Assembly: GCA_963817465.1 (NCBI GenBank)
Contig: CAWFOP010000022.1
Coordinates: forward strand, 586,152 to 650,151
Length of the DNA stretch: 64,000 bases
Origin: an uncultured Acidobacteriota bacterium
GTDB taxonomy: Bacteria; Acidobacteriota; Terriglobia; Bryobacterales; UBA6623
Direction of reading: 5' to 3'
Shown here: positions 17,690 to 26,893 of the stretch, piece by piece
Position numbering within the stretch: position 1 is the stretch's first letter
How the letters are laid out: the number at the start of each line of letters is the position of its first letter
Notes under the pieces: generated by a model
Told to the model about the DNA's origin: nothing
Database searches by the model: none
Seen by the model: only the letters and a program-made list of their open reading frames with translations
Program-made: the position numbers and the translations under genes

Positions 17690-19081
17690 ATGATTGAAGA
17701 TCTCACCCCCGAATTGAACCCCCGCCGATCACGCGACCGCGAGCCGGTCGACGTGGAAGGCGTGCGCCGTCGCGACGAGATCCGCCGCGAGGCATCGATC
17801 CGCGCAGAGTCGAGCCGCGACGATGATGACGACATGGAAGCTCGCGCGGAAGAACCGGCTTCGAAGGTCCGTAAGACCGGCGGCAAGCCGCAGTTCAGCT
17901 TCGAGGAAGACGCGCCGCCGAGCGCCCGCATCAAGGTGATCGGCGTGGGCGGCGGCGGCTGCAACGCCGTCAACCGCATGATCGAAGCCGGCGTCGAAGG
18001 CGTGCAGTTCGCCGCCGTCAACACCGACGAGCAGGCGCTGCGCGTTTCGCGGGCGCAGATCAAGCTGCAGATCGGCGGCAAGCTCACCGGCGGCCGCGGC
18101 GCGGGCTCGAATCCGGAGATCGGCCGCAAGGCGGCGCTCGAAGACACCGAGCGCTTAATCGAATTGCTCAGCGAGTCGGACATGGTGTTCGTGACGGCTG
18201 GCCTGGGCGGCGGCACGGGCACCGGCGCGGCGCCCATCGTCGCCTCGCTCGCCAAAGAGCTCGGCGCGTTGACCGTGGCGGTGGTGACCAAGCCGTTTGC
18301 CTTCGAGGGCGTGCAGCGCATGGAAGTCGCCGACGAAGGCATCCGGGAATTGGCCGAGACGGTCGACACGGTCGTGACAATCCCGAACGAGCGGCTGCTC
18401 GACGTGGTCGAGCGCGGCACGAGCTTCTTCGAGGCGTTCCAGATCGCCGACGACATCCTGCGCCAAGCGGTGCAGGGCATCTCGGACATCATCACGATCC
18501 CGGGCATCATCAACCGCGACTTCGCCGACGTACGGACCATCATGCACGGCATGGGCTACGCCGTGATGGGCACCGCCATCGCGGGCGGATCGAGCGCGGC
18601 CGTCGAGGCTGCTCGCAAGGCCGTCAGTTCGCCGCTGCTCGAAGACGCCTCGATCGAAGGCGCGCGCGGCATCCTGATCAATATCACCGGCTCGTCACGG
18701 CTCAGCCTGCACGAGGTGCACGAGGCCTCGACGATCATCCAGCGCGCCGCCGATCCGGGCGCGAACATCATCTTCGGCTGCGTGCTCAACGAGGACATGG
18801 GCGAGAACGTGAAAATCACGGTGATCGCCACGGGCTTCCGCGAGCAGGCGATGTTCAATACGGACCCGCGGCATGAAGGAGCGAACTCGCACACGAAGGT
18901 GCGCACGATGCCGTTTAGGACGGAGCCGCAGTCGCGCGTGCGGACAGCGGTCGCGGGCGGCGCGCTGCCGCCGCGCGGGCAAGAGACGGCCGTCGCCGAG
19001 GCGGAGGAAGAAACGCCGAAGGTCGACGTCAACGACATGGAGCAACCAGCGTTTTTGCGCCGGCGGCTGGAGCGGGAGTAG
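17690..19081 (+). CDS. ftsZ: cell division GTPase FtsZ with ~80-aa charged N-terminal extension
   Basis: ATG 17690 lies 11 nt after GGAGGA (17673-17678); GTG 17654 is also in frame. [27 protein letters not shown], and the C-terminal peptide QPAFLRRR. Confidence 0.93.
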   Translation: MIEDLTPELNPRRSRDREPVDVEGVRRRDEIRREASIRAESSRDDDDDMEARAEEPASKVRKTGGKPQFSFEEDAPPSARIKVIGVGGGGCNAVNRMIEAGVEGVQFAAVNTDEQALRVSRAQIKLQIGGKLTGGRGAGSNPEIGRKAALEDTERLIELLSESDMVFVTAGLGGGTGTGAAPIVASLAKELGALTVAVVTKPFAFEGVQRMEVADEGIRELAETVDTVVTIPNERLLDVVERGTSFFEAFQIADDILRQAVQGISDIITIPGIINRDFADVRTIMHGMGYAVMGTAIAGGSSAAVEAARKAVSSPLLEDASIEGARGILINITGSSRLSLHEVHEASTIIQRAADPGANIIFGCVLNEDMGENVKITVIATGFREQAMFNTDPRHEGANSHTKVRTMPFRTEPQSRVRTAVAGGALPPRGQETAVAEAEEETPKVDVNDMEQPAFLRRRLERE

Positions 19082-19220
19082 AGCGCTCGCGTCAGGCGGA
19101 ACCGCTTACTGACGACAACAGCAACCGCGAAGCTTGAGCCCTGTACTGACACGTGCGCGGCGCTGCAGTTGTTTTCCAGGGTGCAGCAGCAGAGCCGCAA
19201 CCGTCAGGTTGCGTTTGAGG

Positions 19221-20039
19221 CTACATGACCATGCCGCCGGTGACCAGCACGACTTCGCCTGTGACGTAGTCGGCGAGAGGCGAGGCCAGGAACAGGACCG
19301 GCCCAGCCGCCTCGTGAGGCGTGCCGGCTCGGCCCAGCGGGATGAATTGCGGTCGCGAGAGGCGTTGTTCTTCGGGGATGCCGAGAAGGATGCCGTCGGC
19401 GGTCTTCTCGCCTTTCTCCTTCGATTGCGTCAGGCGCGTGTCGACGAAACCGTAAGCCACGGCGTTGCAACAGATGTTGAAGCGCGCCCATTCGCGGGCG
19501 ATCGTCTTGGTCATCCCTACAACGCCCATCTTGCCCGCGGCGTAGTTGATCTGTCCCGCGTTCCCGGCCACGCCCGAGGTCGAGCTCACATTGACGATCT
19601 TGCGCGGCGCGGGGCGCTCGCCTGCATCCAGGGCCTTCTTGGCTTCGCCCCGCAAGTAGGGGGCGGCGGCCCGGACGATGCGGAACGGCGCCCTCAGGTG
19701 GATTTCGAGCATCGCGTCGAACTGCTCGTCCGACATCTTGTGGATCACGCCGTCCCAGGTATAACCGGCGTTGTTGACGATGATGTCGATGGCGCCGAAG
19801 GAGTCGAGGGCGGCTTGAACCAACCGAGCAGGGAAGTCGGGGTCGGTGACGCTGCCGGGAGCGGCGACAGCCTCGGCTCCTTTGGCTCGGAGCGCCTCGA
19901 CGGTTTCGTTGGCGGGTCCGGAGTCGACGTCGTTGACCAGCACACGGGCGCCGTGGTCGGCGAAAAGTTCGGCGACGGCGCGGCCTATGCCGCGGCCCGA
20001 GCCGGTGACGATGGCGGCTTTGCCTTCTAGGAGCTTCAT
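19221..20039 (-). CDS. SDR-family oxidoreductase (FabG / hydroxyacyl-CoA dehydrogenase-like)
   Basis: Starts MKLLEGKAAIVTGSGRGIGRA. TGxxxGIG, NNAG and YAAGK motifs. The ORF-track start at 20114 is probably an over-extension. Confidence 0.88.
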   Translation of the reverse strand: MKLLEGKAAIVTGSGRGIGRAVAELFADHGARVLVNDVDSGPANETVEALRAKGAEAVAAPGSVTDPDFPARLVQAALDSFGAIDIIVNNAGYTWDGVIHKMSDEQFDAMLEIHLRAPFRIVRAAAPYLRGEAKKALDAGERPAPRKIVNVSSTSGVAGNAGQINYAAGKMGVVGMTKTIAREWARFNICCNAVAYGFVDTRLTQSKEKGEKTADGILLGIPEEQRLSRPQFIPLGRAGTPHEAAGPVLFLASPLADYVTGEVVLVTGGMVM

Positions 20040-20150
20040 CGGTGCAGAGTATAGCCGGACGCTAGTAAGGACGTCGATCAAGCCGCCGACGCCTCGCGCC
20101 GAGATCGCTGTCATTCCTGACAGGACGCATCGCTCGGCCTGCGGCTATTG

Positions 20151-22269
20151 TCAATATGCCAGGATGCGGCGCATCTCGGCCTCGACGTGCTCGGTCTGCG
20201 GCAGGATCTCCTGTTCCAGCTCGGGGCGGTAGGCGATCCAGGTGTCGAGCGCTCCGATGCGGCCGACCGGGGCGTCCAGGTAATCGAACAGCTCGTCCGC
20301 GATGCGGGCCGAAATTTCGGCGCCGTAGCCCCAGCTCAACATGTCTTCATGGGCGACGATCACGCGGTTGGTCTTCTTCACCGACTCGGCGATCGCTTCC
20401 CAGTCATAGGGATTCAGCGTGCGCAGGTCGAGAATTTCGACCGAGGCGTCCATCTCGGCGGCCAGGTTCGCCGCCGCCAGCACGCTCTTGTGCACCAACG
20501 CGCCGTAGGTGACGATCGTCAGGTCGGTCCCGTGCTTCACCCGGTTCGCCTTGGCGAACGGGATCGTGAAATCCGGTCCCGGGTAAGCGCTGCGGTTGTA
20601 AGTCTCGCGGTAGAGCTTCTTGTGCTCGAGGAACAGCACCGGATCGTCGCAGCGAATCGCGGTGCGCAGCAAGCCATTGGCGTCGCGCGCGTTCGAGGGG
20701 AACACAACGCGGATGCCCGGGATATGCGTGAAGATCGACTCGCCGGATTGGGAGTGGTAGACCGCTCCGCCGTTCAAGTAGCCGCCGATCGGCGCGCGAA
20801 TCACGATGGGCGCCGAGAAGCCGTTGTTCGAGCGCCAACGCAGCGACGCCAGCTCGTCGCGGATCTGCATCATCGCCGGCCAGATGTAGTCGAAGAACTG
20901 GATTTCGACGACGGGTTTGAGCCCGCGCGTCGCCATGCCGGTCGCGCGGCCGACGATCGCAGCCTCGGCGATCGGAGCGTTGAAGACACGGCGGCCGCCG
21001 TACTTGCGCTGCAAGCCGCGGGTCGCCTTGAAGACGCCGCCTTTGCCGGTTACTTGATCGAGATGATCTTCGCGCGAGCAGTCGGCCACATCTTCGCCGT
21101 AGACGTAGATGCGCTCGTCGGTCGCCATCTCGTCGTCCAAGCAGGCATTGATCAGATCGACCATCGTCTTCGGATACGCCGTCGTTTTGGGGTTCGGAAT
21201 CGAAATTGCGCGAAGTCGGATCGACCGTGGGCGAGTAGAGGTAATTCATCGCCGAGCCGCTCTCGGGCGGCGGCGAAGCCAGCGCCTTCAGCGCAGCCTG
21301 TTCGATCTCTTCCTCGACGTCGGCGCGGAGCGAGAGCAGTTGATTTTCGTCGGCCAGCCCGTCTTGCTCGAGGATTTGCGCCAGCCGCAGAATCGGATCT
21401 CGCCCTGCTTCGTCCTCGCGCTCCTCCGCCGTCTTGTACAGTGTTTCGTCGTCGGAGAGCGAGTGCCCGTAGGGGCGGATCACATGCGCATGGACCAGCG
21501 CCGGACCCTCGCCCGCGCGGCAGCGGGTAAACGCCTGCGCCAGGGTCGTGTAGCTCGAGCGGAAGTCCAATCCGTCGGTCTCGTAGATCTCCAAACCGGG
21601 CATGCTCTTGAGGAGCTTGGAGATGCTGCCGCCGGGGGTCTGCGTCTCAGTCGGCGTCGAGATCGCGAAGCCGTTGTCTTCGATCAGGAAGATGATCGGC
21701 AGCTTTTCGAGACACGACGCGTTGATCGCCTCCCAAAATTCGCCCGAAGAGGTCGCTCCGTCCCCGGCGCAAACCAGCGTGGCTTCGAGCTCTTCGTTGT
21801 CGTCGGCGTGCGCCAGTTTGCCGGCATGGGCGCAGCCGACGGCCTGCAGGAACTGCGTTCCGGTGGCCGAGGAGGGCGAGACGATGTTTTTCTCGGGGAA
21901 CGACCAGTGGGTCGGCATCTGGCGACCGCCGGAGGCCGGGTCGGCGCCCGCGCCCACCGCTTGCAGTAACATGTCGAGCGGACTTACGCCCATAGCTAAG
22001 CAGACCGCACGGTCACGATAGTAGGGGTACAGCCAGTCGACGCCCACCCGCATGTGCAGGCCGGCGGCCGTCTCGACCGCTTCATGACCCGCGCTGCTGA
22101 TTTGAAAATACGCCCGGTTTTGTCGTTTGAGCGTGATCTCGCGGTCGTCTAACCGGCGAGACAAATACATCAAGCGGTAAACCTGGAGTAGATTTTTATT
22201 GGAAAGGCCGGCGACAGGCGAGGCAATGGAGCTGAGAAGTCCGCTTCTATCCCTCATGAGCCACCGCAC
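20151..22269 (-). pseudogene. fused 2-oxoacid dehydrogenase E1 alpha/beta (TPP-dependent), reading frame broken by one extra nt
   Basis: Alpha domain 22269 to ~21190 (YLSRRLDDRE..., GDGATSSGEFWEA). Beta domain 21164 to 20151 ([13 protein letters not shown]..., [12 protein letters not shown]). The beta frame stays open upstream of its Met. Total length is 3n+1. The break lies at the run CCCCAAAAC (plus strand 21184-21192). Confidence 0.85.
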
Positions 22270-22345
22270 ACTATAACACGGGAGTCGCCGAAACGCCTCT
22301 AGAAGAGTTCGGGATGGGGTTCAACTCGTTTTTTTCGAGGCACAT

Positions 22346-24256
22346 ATGAGTCGCCGCGGCATCGACCGCTTGATGCACCCGAGCCTGGCCGCAGCGCTGG
22401 CCGCCGTGCTGCTCCTGCTGGCCTGGCTGCAGTACCGTTGGATCGGCGAGATCAGTGAAGCCGACCGCGCGCGATTGGAGAACAGCTTGACCGTGGCGAC
22501 CATGCAATTCCGGCTGGACTTCAACCGCCAGCTCGCGACGACCGCCATCGACTTCATTCCCAGCCCCGATGACGTGGTCGATCGCGACTGGAGCCGGATC
22601 GGCGGGGCCTACGAGCGCCTCGTGTCCCGTTCGGCGGACACACTTCCGATTCGAGACGTTTACTTGTGGGAGGATTTTGCGGACGCCAAGGCGCGACTCC
22701 TGCGGCTCAATCCCGACACCCTGAAGCTCGAAGAAGCGGAGTGGCCGCCTGAACTGGCGGCAAGCCGCCCGCCGGCCCGGGATCTCCGGCCCCGCCGCGG
22801 CCCCGGCTCTCCCGGAGGGGGCGGGCCGCGCAGCTTCGGCTGGACGTTTTTGGAGCAAGGCCCCGCCCTGGCGATCCCGCTGTTCGAGCGGTCGGAGGAA
22901 CCGGGAACGAATCGCGGCCGCTTCGAGCCCGTCGGCCAGCTCTACATCGAGCTGGATCAGAGCCAGCTTGTCGAGCACGTGCTGCCGGAGCTCGAGCAGC
23001 GCTACTTCGAGCTCGGCGTCGAGCGGCCCTACCAGGTGGGAATCGAATCGGGCGACCGCCTGATCTATAAGTCCGATGCGTCGTTGACCGCCGGAGATTT
23101 CCAAAGCGCGGATATCCGGATGCCGCTGCTGCTCAGCTTCGAGGAGATCGCCTCGCGGTTCTCCGAGATGCGGCGCGGTCCGCAGCCTGGCGACGGGGAG
23201 GGTTCGGGAGGTCCGGGAGGGCCGCCGCCCGACGAGGACTTCGGACGCGGCTTTCGCGAACGCCCGCCCCGGGAACCCGGTCCGCAGCCCGGAAACGACC
23301 GCGGCGGTTTCAATCCGACCCGCTCGCGAGATTTCGCCCGCGGACGCCCGTTCGTGGCATTCGGCGGTCCAGGCGGCGATTCATGGATGCTGGTGGCGCG
23401 CCACCGCGAAGGGTCGCTCGATTCGGTCGTCTCACGGCTGCGCCGCCGCAATTTGGGAATCAGCTTCGGCATCCTCCTGTTGCTTGCGGCTGGCATGGGG
23501 TTCGCCTTGATCTCCGCCCGACGCGCGCAGCGTCTCGCGCGCCTGCAATTGGATTTTGTCGCCGGGGTTTCCCATGAGCTGCGCACTCCCCTGGCCGTCA
23601 TCCGGCAAGCGGGCGACAATTTGGCCGAGGGCGTCGTCGCCGCTCCCGAGAGCGTGCGCGAGTACGGGCGCTTGATTCGCGACGAAGGGCGGCGGCTGAC
23701 CGGCATGGTCGAGCACAGCCTCGACTTCGCCAAGTCCCAATCGGGCAAGCGCGAGTACCGTATCGAGGCTGTTCCTCTGAAAGAGATGCTCGACGAGGCG
23801 CTCGACGAAGCGCGGCCCACCATCGCCGAAGCGGGCGTCGAGCTCGAGTTGAACGTGCCCGACCGCCTGCCGTCCGTCCAAGCGGACCGCGCCGCCGTCA
23901 CGCAGTGCCTGCGGAACTTGATTGCGAACGCCGTAAAGTACGGCGGGACGGCGCGCCGGCTCGGCGTGCGGGCGAGCCAGGAGCCCGGCGGGGCCGTGGT
24001 GGAGGTCCAAGATCACGGCTTCGGCATCGCGGCGGAAGACTTGCCCTACATCTTCGACCCCTTCTATCGCGGCAAGCAGGCCAAGGACGCGCAGATTCAG
24101 GGCAGCGGGCTGGGACTCAGCCTCGCCCGCGACGCGGCCCGCGCCGCCGGCGGCGACTTGACCGTCGTCAGCCGCCTCGGCGAGGGAAGCGTGTTCAAAT
24201 TGTGGTTGCCGACGGCGAACGGGTCCGGCGAGCGGCGAGAGACGGCGGAAGGATGA
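22346..24256 (+). CDS. sensor histidine kinase (two TM segments, ~330-aa extracytoplasmic region, HisKA + HATPase_c)
   Basis: 636 aa. H-box SHELRTPLAV. N/G boxes (NLIANAVKYG, DHGFGI, GSGLGLS). Gly/Pro-rich low-complexity stretch in the sensor region. Confidence 0.9.
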   Translation: MSRRGIDRLMHPSLAAALAAVLLLLAWLQYRWIGEISEADRARLENSLTVATMQFRLDFNRQLATTAIDFIPSPDDVVDRDWSRIGGAYERLVSRSADTLPIRDVYLWEDFADAKARLLRLNPDTLKLEEAEWPPELAASRPPARDLRPRRGPGSPGGGGPRSFGWTFLEQGPALAIPLFERSEEPGTNRGRFEPVGQLYIELDQSQLVEHVLPELEQRYFELGVERPYQVGIESGDRLIYKSDASLTAGDFQSADIRMPLLLSFEEIASRFSEMRRGPQPGDGEGSGGPGGPPPDEDFGRGFRERPPREPGPQPGNDRGGFNPTRSRDFARGRPFVAFGGPGGDSWMLVARHREGSLDSVVSRLRRRNLGISFGILLLLAAGMGFALISARRAQRLARLQLDFVAGVSHELRTPLAVIRQAGDNLAEGVVAAPESVREYGRLIRDEGRRLTGMVEHSLDFAKSQSGKREYRIEAVPLKEMLDEALDEARPTIAEAGVELELNVPDRLPSVQADRAAVTQCLRNLIANAVKYGGTARRLGVRASQEPGGAVVEVQDHGFGIAAEDLPYIFDPFYRGKQAKDAQIQGSGLGLSLARDAARAAGGDLTVVSRLGEGSVFKLWLPTANGSGERRETAEG

Positions 24257-24940
24257 AGCCCAAAGTTCTACTAGTCGAAGACGAAGCCGGTCTGCGTCTG
24301 ACTCTCAGCGACCGACTTGTCGCCGAGGGCTACGACGTCGAAACCGCATCGGACGGCACCTCCGGCGAGGAAAAGGCCGCAAGCGGCAAGCATGACATTG
24401 TGCTGCTCGACGTCATGCTGCCCGGTAAGAGCGGACTCGACGTCTGCCGCGACTTGCGCGCCAAGGGCGTCTCGACGCCCATCCTCATGCTCACGGCCCG
24501 CGGCCAGATCATCGACAAGGTTCTCGGCCTCAAGATCGGCGCTGACGATTACCTGACCAAGCCCTTCGAGACAATGGAGCTTCTGGCCCGTATGGAAGCG
24601 CTGCTGCGGCGCGCCCCCGCGGCCGTCAAGAAGACCTCCGAACCGCACCGCTTCGGCGACATCGAAGTGGACGTGCAGACGAACCGAGGTCCGCAGAGGC
24701 GACCATTTGCTCTCGCTGTCGGCAAAGGAATTTCAGCTCTTGCGCTACTTCCTGGAGCACCGCGGCGATACGCTCTCCCGTGACGTGTTGCTGCACGAAG
24801 TGTGGGGTTACGAATCGATGCCCTCGACGCGCACGGTGGACGTCCACGTCGCGTGGCTACGCCAGAAGCTCGAGGACGACCCCAAGAAGCCGCAGTGGAT
24901 TCACACCGTCCACGGCCTGGGGTACAAGTTCGCCGATTAG
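24253..24940 (+). pseudogene. OmpR-family response regulator, frame broken by one extra nt
   Basis: ATG overlaps the kinase stop (ATGA). Receiver domain (LLVEDE..., DIVLLDVMLPG, KP) in one frame. Winged helix (TEVRRGDHLLSLSAKEFQLLRYFLEH...GYKF) in the +1 frame. Junction near 24683-24686. Length is 3n+1. Confidence 0.85.
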
Positions 24941-24943
24941 CGT

Positions 24944-26608
24944 CTACCAGAAGTAGACGTAGAAGGCGATGATGAACCCGACGATGATGCAACTGTGGAT
25001 CACGTCCCAGTGATTCCAGCTCGCGCGGGTTTCGACGATCTGCTCGGGGGTCGCCGAGCCGTAGGTCAAGTCCCTCAGCTTCTCCGGCCCGGGCTTCTCG
25101 GTGAACAGGCTGACCAGCCAGATGGTCAATAGCGAAGCCAGGAACAGGGCGATGCAGTAGTGCAGCCAGTTCGGCGCGACGATCCAGTCGTAGACGAAGC
25201 CTTCGGTGACGGCGTTCGGGAAAATGCGGAAGAAAAGCCGGATCATCCCGAACGTGAAACCGAACACGAGTCCGGCCATGCCGCCCGCCGCTGTGGCGCC
25301 CTTCCAAAACACGCCCAGCACGAAGACCGCGGCGATGCCCGGCGCCAGCAACGACTGCACGTCCTGCAGATAGGCGTAGAGCACTTGGCCCATCCCGCGC
25401 ATGACCGGGATCCACAAGATGCCCAGGACCACGACCACGGCGGTCGCGAGGCGGCCCACGTAAACTAGCGTCTTCTCGCTCGACTCGGGTCGCCACTTCT
25501 TGTAGAAGTCGACGGTGAACAGCATCGCGGACGAGTTGAACAGAGACGCCAGCGAGCTCATCAGCGCCGCGACCAGGCCGCCCACGACCACGCCCTTGAA
25601 GCCGGCCGGAAGCAGCGTCGAAACCAGTACAGGGAAGGCTGCGTCGGCGTTCGGCAGATCGATCAGGCCCTTCTTGTTGAGCGCGAACGCGATCAGACCG
25701 GGAATCAGAAAGATGAACACCGGCGTCAGCTTCAGATAAGCGCCGAAGATGGTGCCGCGCCGCGACTCGCGCTGATTACGTCCCGACAGCACGCGCTGGA
25801 CGATGTATTGGTCGGTGCACCAGTACCAGAAACCGATGATCGGCGAGGCGAACAGCACGCCCGTCCAGGGGAACGTATCGTCTTGCGGCGAGCGAATCAG
25901 CGACAGCATCGAGTCGCCCCACGGCGTAGTTTGCGCGCCGGCGATCGAGAGCAGCTCATGCCAGCCGCCGACCTTGATCAAGCCGATGATAAGGATCAAA
26001 ATCGAGCCTAAAAGCAGCACGGGCGTCTGCAACAGCGACGTATAGAGGACCGATTTCATGCCGCCGACGACGGTGTAAATGCCGGTGATGATCACCAGCC
26101 CCACGGCGCCGATCCAGAAGAAATCGATGCCCATGAACTGATCGATGCCGAGGACTTGCTTGAAGACCACGCCGCCGGCATAGACGGTCACCGCGACTTT
26201 GGTCAGCACGTAGCTCACCAGGGAGATGATCGACAGGAACGAGCGGGCGCCCGGTGAGAAGCGCCTCTCCAGGAACTCCGGCATGGTGTAGACCATGCTG
26301 CGCGAGTAGAACGGCACGAAGACCCAGCCCAGGAGCAGGATCAGATACCCGTGCATCTCCCAGTGCGCCATCGCCATGCCGGTCGAGGCTCCGGCGCCGG
26401 CCAGCCCGACGACGTGCTCCGAGCCGATGTTCGAGGCGAAGATCGAGGCTCCGATGGCGAGCCAGGTGGCGTCCCGGCCGGCCAGGAAGTAGTCCGACGA
26501 GGTCTCTTCCTTGAGCCGAATGACGTAGATGACGATGGCGACGAGCCCAGCGAAGAACAGACTCAGCGTGAGAGTGTCTTGCCAGGCCCAGGCGGTGCTG
26601 CTGTCCAC
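24944..26608 (-). CDS. sodium:solute symporter (SSF/SGLT family)
   Basis: 554 aa, ~13-14 TM. DYFLAGRD..., GSEHVVGLAGAG and YTMPEFLERRF signatures. Confidence 0.9.
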   Translation of the reverse strand: MDSSTAWAWQDTLTLSLFFAGLVAIVIYVIRLKEETSSDYFLAGRDATWLAIGASIFASNIGSEHVVGLAGAGASTGMAMAHWEMHGYLILLLGWVFVPFYSRSMVYTMPEFLERRFSPGARSFLSIISLVSYVLTKVAVTVYAGGVVFKQVLGIDQFMGIDFFWIGAVGLVIITGIYTVVGGMKSVLYTSLLQTPVLLLGSILILIIGLIKVGGWHELLSIAGAQTTPWGDSMLSLIRSPQDDTFPWTGVLFASPIIGFWYWCTDQYIVQRVLSGRNQRESRRGTIFGAYLKLTPVFIFLIPGLIAFALNKKGLIDLPNADAAFPVLVSTLLPAGFKGVVVGGLVAALMSSLASLFNSSAMLFTVDFYKKWRPESSEKTLVYVGRLATAVVVVLGILWIPVMRGMGQVLYAYLQDVQSLLAPGIAAVFVLGVFWKGATAAGGMAGLVFGFTFGMIRLFFRIFPNAVTEGFVYDWIVAPNWLHYCIALFLASLLTIWLVSLFTEKPGPEKLRDLTYGSATPEQIVETRASWNHWDVIHSCIIVGFIIAFYVYFW

Positions 26609-26893
26609 TTCAGTGCTCCCTGGGGTCCATAGGGCCGCACTATTGTTTCACAACCGGCTCTCCGCTGCGAAATTCAAACGTTTCGCAACTTTGGCTGGTG
26701 AGCGTGGGAGGCGAAATCGAGCCGCCGTTAACGTTAATGGAGCGAAGGTTTTTCTCGTCCTAGCGCAGATTTGTATTGATTCTTAACCCAAATAGGCTAA
26801 ATTTGAAACGAAACAGTAGCGCCTATCGGGATAGTTTTGTGGGGAATGGCGCGAGCCGCGTTGCTTCGGTCTCGCCCCATTGGAGGTTATCTC

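Noticed and set aside
19082-19220. A terminator between ftsZ and the convergent SDR gene (GCAACC-gtca-GGTTGC at 19197-19212; GCTGCA…TGCAGC at 19163-19188).
   Set aside because: The stems are only 6 bp, with either no U-tract or a 14-nt loop. This is too weak to annotate.
20404-21164. Reading the 621-aa ORF (20404-22269) literally as an E1-alpha protein overlapping the beta gene by 760 nt.
   Set aside because: Past ~21190 its translation becomes Arg-rich nonsense, while the overlapping frame encodes a textbook E1-beta. A frame break in a fused gene explains both.
21184-21192. Programmed ribosomal frameshift at CCCCAAAAC, or at any of the other twelve junctions.
   Set aside because: The required shift is +1 at thirteen unrelated sequence contexts. 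None shows a shared slippery motif or a downstream stimulator. The affected families are not known to use recoding.
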